This document shows positions 1 to 8,418 of a DNA stretch of 36,286 nucleotides, in pieces (within the stretch, counting starts at the first letter, position 1; each line of letters starts with the position of its first letter). This stretch comes from a virus (lineage: Duplodnaviria > Caudoviricetes), in the IMG/VR virus record IMGVR_UViG_3300032303_000779, positions 1 through 36,286 of that record. One strand, given 5' to 3'. The notes beneath the pieces were generated by a model. The model searched no databases. It was not told where the DNA came from and saw only the letters and a list, made by a program, of their open reading frames with translations. The position numbers were made by a program, and so were the translations under genes.

Positions 1-40
1 AGTAGAGCCAGTTCCTCCTACAACACCTGGAACACCTGGA
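1..40. repeat. 40-bp terminal overlap (identical to 36247-36286); circular assembly junction
   Basis: AGTAGAGCCAGTTCCTCCTACAACACCTGGAACACCTGGA occurs at both ends, and the reading frame from 33389 continues in phase across the join. Confidence 0.92.
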
Positions 41-859
41 ACACCTACAACACCTGGAACACCTGGAACAACACCTGGAACTACACCTGGAACAACACCT
101 GGAACAACACCTGGAACTACACCTGGAACAACACCTGGAACTACACCTGGAACAACACCTGGAACTACACCTGGAACAACACCTGGAAGTCAAGTTCCTA
201 CACCGGGACAACCAACAACGCCGCCAACTGTAACACCGCCTGGGGCAGAAAATCCAGTTAAAATTACTGATTATTCTAAACCATACGAAGGTCCTTACAG
301 CAATGAAAGTGTGTTAGAGCGTTATATGAATAGCACAATCAGCTATGGTGATATTGCCAAGTTGGTTGCTGCTGGCCTGGTATTGCCAAGCATTTTGGGT
401 CTAATAGCACCACAAGGTCCGGGCACACCAGGCAAGAAATCATATGGACCTATTCCTCCCACCGAATGGGGCAATGCTGCCGCGTTAAACAATCCTGGGC
501 AAAATCCTGGATGGTTTACAGGTGAGTTTCCTACTCCGGCTTATCAAACAACCAATCCATACCAGGCACAATTTTATTGGGGTCAGCAACCATATGTTGG
601 GCCAAACCAACCTAGAGAGACTTACAATCAAATCCCAGCAGCGGCTGGCACACAAGGATTTGGCCTACAAGCAGGACCAGGTCAGTATGATGTCAATCAA
701 CTGTTAAATCAGATCAATCGAACAGCCTTGAATCCTAATTTTATAGGATACAATCAATATCCAACACAGGGCTATGTGGCTCCAGGATATCCACCGCCAG
801 CAGTGGCCGGGCCTGTAATGCCTACACCACCTGTAGCACTAACCGGCTTTGGGCCTTAA
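1..859 (+). CDS. C-terminal part of the ~1238-aa Pro/Thr-rich probable internal virion/ejection protein that starts at 33389
   Basis: Frame from position 2 is open (VEPVPPTTPGTPG...) into the tracked 311..859 ORF and is in phase with 33389..36246 after removing the 40-nt overlap; hydrophobic segment IAKLVAAGLVLPSILGLIA. Confidence 0.8.
   Translation, partial: VEPVPPTTPGTPGTPTTPGTPGTTPGTTPGTTPGTTPGTTPGTTPGTTPGTTPGTTPGTTPGSQVPTPGQPTTPPTVTPPGAENPVKITDYSKPYEGPYSNESVLERYMNSTISYGDIAKLVAAGLVLPSILGLIAPQGPGTPGKKSYGPIPPTEWGNAAALNNPGQNPGWFTGEFPTPAYQTTNPYQAQFYWGQQPYVGPNQPRETYNQIPAAAGTQGFGLQAGPGQYDVNQLLNQINRTALNPNFIGYNQYPTQGYVAPGYPPPAVAGPVMPTPPVALTGFGP
19..187 (+). repeat. Coding tandem repeat of 9/12-bp units encoding TPG/TTPG
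   Basis: Repeated ACACCTGGA / ACAACACCTGGA / ACTACACCTGGA. Confidence 0.95.
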
Positions 860-884
860 CCTACTAGGAATACAATGAAAGCAA

Positions 885-890
885 TAAATA
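885..890 (+). promoter_or_regulatory. T4-late-type promoter box TAAATA ahead of the ejection-protein operon
   Basis: Intergenic ATAAATA, then AGGAG (904-908) and ATG 916; no -35. Confidence 0.7.
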
Positions 891-915
891 TACAATACAC
901 ATCAGGAGAAACAAA

Positions 916-1677
916 ATGAGTTTTGGAAAATCAGGCGGAGGCGGGACCACAGTTCAAACCCCGGAAATGACTCCTGAACAACGGGCACAAATTCAAGCAC
1001 AAACTGAATTTTTTACAAAAACCATTGCTCCCACATACAAACAAGCAGTTGGTGGTGCCACTGACCTTTACAATTTAGGTGCCCCAGGCGTGACCAATGC
1101 CGCACAGAACCTGGCTGGCACAGCAGGTAAAGCACAACAAACATTAGGATCAACTGGTGAAAGTGCCCTACGCACAGGTATCTCAGGATTAGAAAGCCTA
1201 TTCAGTCCTGACTACGAACAGCGTCAAATTCAAACAGCATTACTACCAGCACAACAACAGTATCAACAAAACTTGGCCAATCAAATGGCACAGTATGGTG
1301 GTGCAGGTAATTTAGGAAGTGCTAGAAGTGCTTTGGCTCAAACAGCCTTGGCTGGCCAAACACAAGCGGCACAACAAAAGGCTGCGGCAGATATACAAGC
1401 ACAAATTGCCGCACAACGCTTGTCAGCTGGTCAAAGCCTAGCTGGCCTAGGCCAAGGTGGTATTGGTCAAGCTCTTGGTGCAGCCGCTCAAGGTGTAAGT
1501 GCCGCTATGACTCCACAGCAATTGTATAACCAATACGCTAGTGTAATTTTTGGAACTCCAGCCGCTAGTTACACACCTGACTTCCGTGGCACAATCGGTA
1601 GCACAACTACTACAAATCAAACGGGTTACCAAGCTGGTATGGGCGGTGCATACGGTAGTAAACCGTTCTCATTCTAA
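916..1677 (+). CDS. Probable DNA ejection/pilot (internal virion) protein
   Basis: Gly/Ala/Gln-rich 253 aa, N-terminus MSFGKSGGGGTT, position after the tail genes as in podoviruses; good RBS. Confidence 0.65.
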   Translation: MSFGKSGGGGTTVQTPEMTPEQRAQIQAQTEFFTKTIAPTYKQAVGGATDLYNLGAPGVTNAAQNLAGTAGKAQQTLGSTGESALRTGISGLESLFSPDYEQRQIQTALLPAQQQYQQNLANQMAQYGGAGNLGSARSALAQTALAGQTQAAQQKAAADIQAQIAAQRLSAGQSLAGLGQGGIGQALGAAAQGVSAAMTPQQLYNQYASVIFGTPAASYTPDFRGTIGSTTTTNQTGYQAGMGGAYGSKPFSF

Positions 1678-1686
1678 GGTAGAACA

Positions 1687-3903
1687 ATGTTAGACATATA
1701 TGGAAATGATATTGGTGGTGAAGGTGGCTATGAAACTGAAGAAGAAAAGCGTCGTCGTCTAGCCGCTGAAGCAGAAGCTACCAACCAACCAGTTACACAA
1801 AAAATAACTTACAATCCAGATGGCACTCAAAAGATGACCATCACTGGTAGTCCTCAGGCTTTAAGTCCGGCTAACCCTAATACACCCACCGTGTCTGGTC
1901 CGGTAAATCCACTTGACACATTTGGCCGTATGCAACAGGTTGAATCAGGCAATCGTGATTACAATGCTCAAGGACAACCAATTACAAGTCCAGCCGGTGC
2001 CATGTTTCGCAATCAAGTTATGCCATCAACAGCAGCCAATCCTGGTTATGGAATACGGCCAGCTGCTGCACAAACTCCAGAAGAATACAATCGTGTAGGT
2101 CAAGAATACTATCAAGCCATGCTTCGACAGTTTGGCGGGGATCAGCAAAAAGCAGTTGCGGCCTACAACGCAGGCCCAGGCCGTGTGCAACAAAATATGC
2201 AGGCCAATGCTGGCCAATTGAATCCACAACAGTTACCACCAGAAACACAAGGTTACTTGCAAAAAGTTCTAGGTCCTGTGTTAAATGCTGTGGTTCCAAG
2301 TGCTCAAGCAGCACCTGCACCACAACCAGCATCCGCAGTTCCTGTTAATGCTCAAGCACAAGCACAAGCAATTCAAAATAAACAAGGTTTAAACTTTGCT
2401 AATGCAAATATACCTGCACCACAACCTGCACCTGCCGCACCAGTTAGTCCAACAGCACCGCCAGCGGCTGCTGCTCCAGCAGAACCGATGGGTCCAAGCA
2501 CTACAGCAATGACTCCTGAAGCATGGGCAGAGCGTTTGAACACTGCTCGTCAGGATGATCGTCAATTGGCCAGTTTGGCCTATGATCCAAATATTCCACA
2601 GTATATTCGTGAAGAAGCTTCAGCTGACATGTATAAACGCTTACAGGCTGCTAAAAATGAAACTGCTACCAAAGCCAAACTACAAGAAGGTATTGCGTCA
2701 GGTGACATGAGCGAAATCAACCGCATTATGAAACGCGGCGGCGAAGAAGGTTCATGGATGAAATATCTATTTTTTGGATTACTTGGTAGTGATGCTGCTA
2801 AAATAGAGCGTCAAAAACTATTTCCAGATGAAGGATCAAAAGTTGTTGCCTTTACAGGAGTGGATGGCCGCCAAGGTCTAATCAGACAGGCCGCTGATGG
2901 CAGTCCATTATTTGGACGCTTTGATGATGGCAAAGAATTAGATTCTAAACAGTTGATTCAATATGCAACTGGTGGTGGTAAACTTGGCAAAGGCACAAGC
3001 CTAAGCAGTGAAGTGTATGTTGATACAACTACAGGAAATCGCTATCGTTCAGGATATGACACAGCTGGCAATACAGCCTTGGTCAATGTGCAAGGCGGTG
3101 CTCCGTTCCGTGGCAATCCTAAAAATCTTGAAGTGCAAAGTATTGGCACTGCAATTAGCAAAGCTGAAGGCACCAAAGCAGTTGAATTGCGTTATACAGG
3201 TCCTATTGCTTACACCAAAGCAGGTGCTGATGCCGCCGGAGAATTCAACTTTAAACATGGCACAAACATTGGTTACCAAAGTCAACAACCAGGTGCTCCA
3301 TTGGTAGATTTGAATACTGGTCGTCCTGTTGTTCCTAACTCAAACGGCACAATTACAGCTACCACAGGTGGTGGTGCCGCTGTTACAGCAGGTGCTCCTG
3401 GTGCACCCGGCACAGCTGGCAAAACTCCTGCTGACATTCAAGGCGAATTTGATGCCAATAAAAAGATTCGCGAAAGTGTTGCTAAGAATCAACAGCAAGT
3501 TAAACAGATATATCCATTTATCAACACCATTAAAGGCCTTATTGACAAGAGCACAAGTAGTGGTATTGGTAGTTTGGTTGACGAAGCTGGCAACTGGTTT
3601 GGTTACAGCACTGATGGTGCTGATGCTATTGCCGCTATTAAACCTTTGGCCAATAAAGTATTAATGGGTGTTGAACGCTTTGAAGGACCACAAAGTGATT
3701 TGGATGTTAAATCATACAAAGAAGCCGCTGGTCAGTTGGCTGATCCAAAAGTTCCTGCAAGTCAAAAGCAAGCCGCATTCAATACCATTATCGAAATCAT
3801 GAAGCGTAATGCTCCTGAGCTTGATTGGTCTGCTTATGGCACAGCTGAAGACAACAGTCCGGCTGCCAAAGCCAAGCGTGAATTAGAAAAACGGAAGAAA
3901 TAA
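1687..3903 (+). CDS. Internal virion protein with a lytic transglycosylase (SLT/lysozyme-like) domain
   Basis: Motifs QVESG, QVMPSTA, AAYNAGPG and ETQGYLQKV in the N-terminal third. Confidence 0.8.
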   Translation: MLDIYGNDIGGEGGYETEEEKRRRLAAEAEATNQPVTQKITYNPDGTQKMTITGSPQALSPANPNTPTVSGPVNPLDTFGRMQQVESGNRDYNAQGQPITSPAGAMFRNQVMPSTAANPGYGIRPAAAQTPEEYNRVGQEYYQAMLRQFGGDQQKAVAAYNAGPGRVQQNMQANAGQLNPQQLPPETQGYLQKVLGPVLNAVVPSAQAAPAPQPASAVPVNAQAQAQAIQNKQGLNFANANIPAPQPAPAAPVSPTAPPAAAAPAEPMGPSTTAMTPEAWAERLNTARQDDRQLASLAYDPNIPQYIREEASADMYKRLQAAKNETATKAKLQEGIASGDMSEINRIMKRGGEEGSWMKYLFFGLLGSDAAKIERQKLFPDEGSKVVAFTGVDGRQGLIRQAADGSPLFGRFDDGKELDSKQLIQYATGGGKLGKGTSLSSEVYVDTTTGNRYRSGYDTAGNTALVNVQGGAPFRGNPKNLEVQSIGTAISKAEGTKAVELRYTGPIAYTKAGADAAGEFNFKHGTNIGYQSQQPGAPLVDLNTGRPVVPNSNGTITATTGGGAAVTAGAPGAPGTAGKTPADIQGEFDANKKIRESVAKNQQQVKQIYPFINTIKGLIDKSTSSGIGSLVDEAGNWFGYSTDGADAIAAIKPLANKVLMGVERFEGPQSDLDVKSYKEAAGQLADPKVPASQKQAAFNTIIEIMKRNAPELDWSAYGTAEDNSPAAKAKRELEKRKK

Positions 3904-4859
3904 TGGCATTAGACTACAGCAAGTTATCTACTGAAGAATTAGAAGCCATTGCCAATGATGATTACAGTCGTTTATCCACTGAAACATTGCAAGCATTGGC
4001 CGATGATCCAGATGCCGCAAAAGCACCTGGTGCAAAAAAGACTCCAGCTAGTTTAACACCACAAGGTGTTGATGTGGGTGATGCTGCCATGTTGGCCACA
4101 CCAGCACTGGCCGCTATAGCTCCTGCTATTCCGGGTGCTGTTAGTAGTGCATATCAAACAGGCAAGGCATTGGCAACTCCTGCGGCCAGTGCCGCACTTG
4201 ATTTAGGCAAGGCTTATTTGACCAAACCTGGAGCATTAGTAACTGATGTTGCTATGGGTGCTATGGGATTACCTCCTCCAACAGCAGCTGAACAAAGTTA
4301 TAAAGGTGTGCAAGGCACATATCAGACAGCAAGAGATTTGTTATCAAAACAGGGTCAATTTGCTCCCAAAGCCGCTCCGGTTGCTCCGGGACCATTTGCC
4401 GCAGCCGCAGAATTTCCAACAGCAGAACAAATTGCAAGAAATGCTACTTATACAGAAATGGCCGCAAGAGATGCCGCTGGAGCTGTTGCCAAACCAGGTG
4501 TAATGAGTCGTGTGGCACAAGGTGCAGGATCCTTATTATCCGGTGCCGGCACACTATTAAACAATGCTACACCAGCTATGAGCTTTGCTATGCCATATCA
4601 AATGGCTGGTGCCGAAATGGAAAAGATTCGGGCCAACCCCACAGCACCAGAATATGCTACCAATCCGTATGCACAAATGACTCGTGGTGAAGCCACAACA
4701 CAAGGAGCGGCCGGTGCTGCTAATCGTCGTCAAGCAATAGCCAGACAACAGTATGGTGGATTGACAGAAGCAGAACAACGCATATTAGAAAGCGATAGAT
4801 TAAATATGGCCATACGCTTACGGGCCGCAAAGAAAGTATTAGGACCAGTAGCACCTTAA
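3903..4859 (+). CDS. Ala-rich probable ejection/internal virion protein
   Basis: Coupled to the upstream gene (TAATG); N-terminal DYSKLSTEEL/DYSRLSTETL duplication. Confidence 0.55.
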   Translation: MALDYSKLSTEELEAIANDDYSRLSTETLQALADDPDAAKAPGAKKTPASLTPQGVDVGDAAMLATPALAAIAPAIPGAVSSAYQTGKALATPAASAALDLGKAYLTKPGALVTDVAMGAMGLPPPTAAEQSYKGVQGTYQTARDLLSKQGQFAPKAAPVAPGPFAAAAEFPTAEQIARNATYTEMAARDAAGAVAKPGVMSRVAQGAGSLLSGAGTLLNNATPAMSFAMPYQMAGAEMEKIRANPTAPEYATNPYAQMTRGEATTQGAAGAANRRQAIARQQYGGLTEAEQRILESDRLNMAIRLRAAKKVLGPVAP

Positions 4860-4868
4860 GGAAACCAA

Positions 4869-5306
4869 ATGACAGATCTAATCGAAAAATTAACCCAAGT
4901 ATTCAACACCAATTTTGTAACTTACTACAGAACACATGTAGCACATGTGAATATTGTGGGTCGTAATTTTTATAGTGATCACAAATTGCTACAAAAAATT
5001 TACGAGGAATTGCAAGGCGATATCGACACAATCGCCGAGTTTTTACGCACTTTAGCCGCAGTTATGCCAGAAAGTCTGGACACAGTTGTAAAAGGTTCTA
5101 AAATCGATGACGAGGATGTGTTTGGCACAGCAGATGAATTGTTGGCTGGTGTTTTAACTGATTTGACCACATTGATTGCCTTATACCGCGACCTAGAAGA
5201 AGAAGCTGACATGGCCGGCGAAGATCAAATTGCCAATTTTGCACAAGACCGCGAAACAGTGTTCAACAGATTTAGTTGGATGTTGCGTAGCACACTAGAA
5301 GAGTAA
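4869..5306 (+). CDS. dps: Dps-like ferritin-superfamily protein
   Basis: HVNIVGRNFYSDHKLLQKIYEE...DTIAEFLR and C-terminal WMLRS match the Dps signature; 145 aa; RBS AAGGA. Confidence 0.85.
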   Translation: MTDLIEKLTQVFNTNFVTYYRTHVAHVNIVGRNFYSDHKLLQKIYEELQGDIDTIAEFLRTLAAVMPESLDTVVKGSKIDDEDVFGTADELLAGVLTDLTTLIALYRDLEEEADMAGEDQIANFAQDRETVFNRFSWMLRSTLEE

Positions 5307-5309
5307 GGC

Positions 5310-5397
5310 GACACCCCGTTATATCTGCCGGAAACAGACTCCTGATGGAAAGCCACAAAAACTCAGGATTAGAGGACTAGCCTTGCGGTGGCTTGAC
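5310..5397 (-). ncRNA. Candidate small pseudoknotted RNA between convergent genes
   Basis: Interleaved stems TCCTGA(5340-45)/TCAGGA(5363-68) and AAGCCAC(5350-56)/GTGGCTT(5388-94); minus-strand TAAATA at 5403-5408 directly upstream. Confidence 0.35.
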
Positions 5398-5405
5398 ACA
5401 AGTAT

Positions 5406-6110
5406 TTAATCAGTCTTTCCAGAATAAATTTTCATTTCAGGTGCTGATCCTACAACTACAATTTGCGGTTGATGATCTTGATAATAGTAATCACCGGCTG
5501 CAGGAGCAGTAAAGCGTCCATCTGCTACCACTGTTTGCGGATTCACTGATTGATCAACCACAAATGTAGCAGTGCTCATACGCTTGTAAGCAATGCTGCC
5601 ACGCACACTATAACCCGCTGACGCATGTAGATGCATAAAAGCGGCCTGATCTCCACGCATGGTTGTGCTACAAATGATTTTGATATCACAGGCCTTGGCC
5701 CATGTTTCCCACATGCGTATCATCTGTGCCAACAACACAATTCTAGCACGAGCACTCAACTTTAAATTCACATGTGCTATACGCACAGCCACCATTTCCT
5801 CTGAGCTCCAAGGAGCATATTGTCCACGCATGGCCCAGGTATAGGCCAAGATCTGTTGTGTTTCGTTGTGTGTGGCCACACTGATCAATTCCTTACGGGG
5901 ATTGTAAAATTGATTTACCGTGGCCAACAACACATTGCGACTGTATTCAACAGGATCATTTTCAAATATTTGATCTGTTTCTAGTCCAAAATGACTTTGT
6001 GCCATGGCTGTGATCTCTTCGGTATCAGGTCCAGCAGCTGGACGCCAACGCCAAGGATCTGATTCAGTGTGTGCATACTTTTCTAAACCGGTGTCTTTGG
6101 CAGTTTTCAT
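5406..6110 (-). CDS. Probable GNAT-fold acetyltransferase-like protein
   Basis: Pattern ...VRIAHVNLKLSARAR...WETWAK...IICSTT...AAFMHLHASAGY resembles GNAT motifs A/B; degenerate. Confidence 0.5.
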   Translation of the reverse strand: MKTAKDTGLEKYAHTESDPWRWRPAAGPDTEEITAMAQSHFGLETDQIFENDPVEYSRNVLLATVNQFYNPRKELISVATHNETQQILAYTWAMRGQYAPWSSEEMVAVRIAHVNLKLSARARIVLLAQMIRMWETWAKACDIKIICSTTMRGDQAAFMHLHASAGYSVRGSIAYKRMSTATFVVDQSVNPQTVVADGRFTAPAAGDYYYQDHQPQIVVVGSAPEMKIYSGKTD

Positions 6111-6526
6111 ACCGTTTTCTCCGCGGTTGAATATGGTTCAGGTAGCAGGCCTTTGCGATCACGATAGCGTTTTTGTGCTGGACTACGCCAACCAGCAGCC
6201 ACAGCCTCACCTTGCATACGAGCATGTTGTTCACGGGTCACAATCATGGTGTTTTCTACAGTCCAAGGTGTTGACCAGTCCCGGCGTGTCATACAATAAC
6301 AGCCCTTTTCACGACCACGGTTCTCCCATTGCCCTGACTCAGCCCACATGTGTTTCCAATCCGCAAATGAAATAGTCCAACCTTCTTCTCTATACTGTGC
6401 TTGGTTCTTTTGCTGTATCCAAACTCTATATCGTTTGTGTTCCACAGGATCTGGTCCTGTGATCCACGCACCTGGCTTGGGTCCTCTTGTGTGTGGGCGA
6501 GGTATTCCTTTGGTTGACTTAGGCAT
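6107..6526 (-). CDS. HNH/His-Me finger-like endonuclease-family protein
   Basis: W..SGQWENRGR..GCYCMTR.D...PWTVEN.MIVT resembles phage beta-beta-alpha nuclease-like proteins; start set at MPKSTKG (6526), which overlaps the upstream stop. Confidence 0.5.
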   Translation of the reverse strand: MPKSTKGIPRPHTRGPKPGAWITGPDPVEHKRYRVWIQQKNQAQYREEGWTISFADWKHMWAESGQWENRGREKGCYCMTRRDWSTPWTVENTMIVTREQHARMQGEAVAAGWRSPAQKRYRDRKGLLPEPYSTAEKTV

Positions 6527-6911
6527 CGTATCCGTTCCCCGCATCAAATAATTGTCCAAATGTGGTTGATGGCTTGCGAAATGAATCGGTATTGGCTTGA
6601 ACCAATCTGGCCAATTCTGCATCATCCACGCAACGATACACTATGCGTGCCCGGCCATCTGCACTTACCACAGGCACACCCTTGGCGGTTGTTTTGTTTG
6701 TGCGTCGGAGTCCTTCATACACACCATAAGGATATGGGTCTGTGACCACATGATTCCATCCTGATCGTTTAAAATTTTTATATGCAGGATCCACTGTCAT
6801 TTCGTGTGTGGTTCCGTCATCTAGGCTTTGAAAGGTCAATCGCCAGAAACGCCCACCATTTAATTGGCTATGCCCTTCTTCACAATTGACCAAGATATAC
6901 TGATTGTCCAT
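6519..6911 (-). CDS. Hypothetical protein
   Basis: 130-aa ORF with AGGAG RBS (6921-6925) and TAAATA box (6938-6943) upstream on the minus strand. Confidence 0.8.
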   Translation of the reverse strand: MDNQYILVNCEEGHSQLNGGRFWRLTFQSLDDGTTHEMTVDPAYKNFKRSGWNHVVTDPYPYGVYEGLRRTNKTTAKGVPVVSADGRARIVYRCVDDAELARLVQANTDSFRKPSTTFGQLFDAGNGYDA

Positions 6912-6937
6912 ACTTGACTTCTCCTATGCTATGCTTT

Positions 6938-6943
6938 TATTTA
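6938..6943 (-). promoter_or_regulatory. T4-late-type TAAATA box driving the 6911->5406 operon
   Basis: TATTTAT on plus = ATAAATA on minus, intergenic. Confidence 0.65.
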
Positions 6944-6970
6944 TGCCTATGTGGTAATTACAACGAATTA

Positions 6971-7144
6971 TCATCTTAACTTGGGATTACGCCGTTGTAG
7001 TTCTGTGGCAAACATAGTGGCAAGTCCGCGGTCAGTGAGATTCATCACAGCCCATTTGAGATAATCCTCTGGGATATCCTTAATGAAGAAACCTTTATAC
7101 TTGCCAAATGGCATCTTAGTAAGTTCGTATTCTTGATATCTCAT
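6971..7144 (-). CDS. Small MPFGKYKG-motif protein (DUF3820-like)
   Basis: MPFGKYKG...DIPEDYLKW signature; likely start MRYQEY at 7144. Confidence 0.75.
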   Translation of the reverse strand: MRYQEYELTKMPFGKYKGFFIKDIPEDYLKWAVMNLTDRGLATMFATELQRRNPKLR

Positions 7145-7159
7145 AGCTAATAATAACAC

Positions 7160-7630
7160 TATTTGAGATCTCTTGCGAGATCTATTGAGCAACTTCGTAG
7201 CTCAATGCGTTCTTTTAACTAATTAAGAGATCATTTGACAGATAGATTGATCAGAGTGCCACTATCCGAAGTAGTGGCGTATCTTTGACGAGTGAGTCGA
7301 TCCGTCGTTACCAGCAGGTGTTTAGTAAGTATTCGAAGTATTGCTTGGGCTCAACGCTTACCCAGACCTGCCGCGACTTTTAAGAGAACTTTTCAGTGGC
7401 TGTTTTGTTCTCATAGCAATAGTAATCTTCTAACCATTCCGATTACGCAAATCGTCATCCGTTCGTCAGGATTCTCAACTAATGGGACTATTCTTTCAGG
7501 CTACTCTTCAGTAGTGCGTAAAAGCCACCCGACAGATACGAGCGATTTGGTTGCCGTCACACATCAGAACGGATTCACCAGCACAATAGATATTCGGCGT
7601 GCCAACCTTGTCTGTAACTACATCTCCAAC
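7160..7630 (-). ncRNA. Large structured non-coding element (candidate ncRNA and/or replication origin)
   Basis: About ten stems, long-range and pseudoknot pairings, C(UUCG)G and GCAA tetraloops on the minus strand, TAAATA box directly upstream (7634-7639), no credible ORF. Confidence 0.65.
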
Positions 7631-7633
7631 ACA

Positions 7634-7639
7634 TATTTA
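7634..7639 (-). promoter_or_regulatory. TAAATA box at the 5' end of the large structured element
   Basis: CTAAATA on the minus strand, just downstream of a terminator. Confidence 0.6.
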
Positions 7640-7658
7640 GTTGACTAATTTAATTGCC

Positions 7659-7698
7659 AAAGAAAAACCCCCAAGATGGCTTAATAACTTGGGGGTTT
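7659..7698 (-). terminator. Rho-independent terminator
   Basis: 11-bp stem AAACCCCCAAG(7665-75)/CTTGGGGGTTT(7688-98) followed by a U-tract on the minus strand. Confidence 0.8.
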
Positions 7699-7790
7699 GG
7701 GTTCGCCGTTTTGTTGAAAGTTGGAGACTTAAACAGATAGGTTGGCTAGTGCAAAAACTTTAATTAACTAGAAAAAAGGATTTCCTGCAC
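7660..7790 (-). ncRNA. Candidate ~130-nt small RNA complementary to the 5' end of the large element
   Basis: Bounded by a CTAAATA box (7796-7801) and a terminator; 7720-7746 is an imperfect inverted copy of 7601-7630. Confidence 0.45.
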
Positions 7791-7798
7791 ACAAATAT

Positions 7799-8083
7799 TT
7801 AGTCTCGCGGCGGTATAGTGTAGAATTGTGGCGTCATTTCACCACGCAATCCACGGCAACAGGTCAACAACAGGGCACGATAATACCATTCTTCACTGAC
7901 CGGATTGGGTTCCAAACTGCTCCAGGTAAGTGCAGTTTCCCATTCGATCAGGATCTCATCCAAGATGTTTGGTTCAGTGTCACGAATAATCTGTTCTGCT
8001 GTGTTTAATACAACAGCCAATTCTTCAGGGCTACAAAAACGATGTGGCACAGGGCCTATCTGTTGTAAATTAACGACAATCAT
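7799..8083 (-). CDS. Hypothetical protein, probably leaderless
   Basis: 94-aa ORF; TAAATA (8089-8094, minus) 5 nt before ATG, no SD. Confidence 0.7.
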   Translation of the reverse strand: MIVVNLQQIGPVPHRFCSPEELAVVLNTAEQIIRDTEPNILDEILIEWETALTWSSLEPNPVSEEWYYRALLLTCCRGLRGEMTPQFYTIPPRD

Positions 8084-8098
8084 ATGAGTATTTACGGC

Positions 8099-8127
8099 TT
8101 GACACAGCCAAAGCCCTGTGTTATACT
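8099..8127 (+). promoter_or_regulatory. Consensus sigma70 promoter
   Basis: TTGACA(8099-8104)-17 nt-TATACT(8122-8127) with extended -10 TG. Confidence 0.85.
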
Positions 8128-8157
8128 AACAACTGTTAAATCAAATCAGGCACCAAA

Positions 8158-8340
8158 ATGAACTTTGAACAACTCAAACTACAGATGCACATGAGAAGTC
8201 TTTACGAGCGTCTGGGCACAATGGATGCAGAGCTAATGATTGTTGAAGCTTTTCGTAAAGAAATGGCGAGGAACGACAGGATTCAAGCACTTGCGGCCGC
8301 ACCTCATAAGAACTTGACCGCATGCGATCCCAGCGTTTGA
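8158..8340 (+). CDS. Small helical hypothetical protein, likely early/host-RNAP expressed
   Basis: 60-aa ORF directly downstream of the sigma70 promoter. Confidence 0.55.
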   Translation: MNFEQLKLQMHMRSLYERLGTMDAELMIVEAFRKEMARNDRIQALAAAPHKNLTACDPSV

Positions 8341-8388
8341 AAACCCTATTCCATTTGTAGTGAGCAACTTGTATGATCATTGAACCAA

Positions 8389-8410
8389 TATTTACCCAAA
8401 CGGTTAAATA
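8389..8410. promoter_or_regulatory. Back-to-back divergent TAAATA boxes
   Basis: TATTTA 8389-8394 (minus) and TAAATA 8405-8410 (plus), each 8 nt from an ATG (8380 minus; 8419 plus). Confidence 0.6.
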
Positions 8411-8418
8411 TGTGTATA

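Noticed and set aside
1-190. Short direct repeats as a CRISPR array or iterons
   Set aside because: Units are 9/12 bp, have no unique spacers and are in-frame TPG/TTPG codons of a long ORF
1687-3903. SLT protein as the lysis endolysin
   Set aside because: Domain is embedded in a 738-aa ejection-type protein with no adjacent holin or spanin; entry function is more likely
5331-5352. Hammerhead-like GAAAC...CTGATGG
   Set aside because: Core is not CUGANGA and spacing leaves no room for the required stems
5394-5422. TTGACA as a third sigma70 promoter
   Set aside because: No -10 hexamer at 16-18 nt spacing
7484-7520. Group I intron S-like motif (AAAGAATAGTCCC on minus)
   Set aside because: No matching R element/P7 partner, P/Q motifs or interrupted exon found
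7292-7648. 118-aa plus-strand ORF
   Set aside because: GTG start without clear SD, atypical composition, overlies the structured element and opposes local gene orientation
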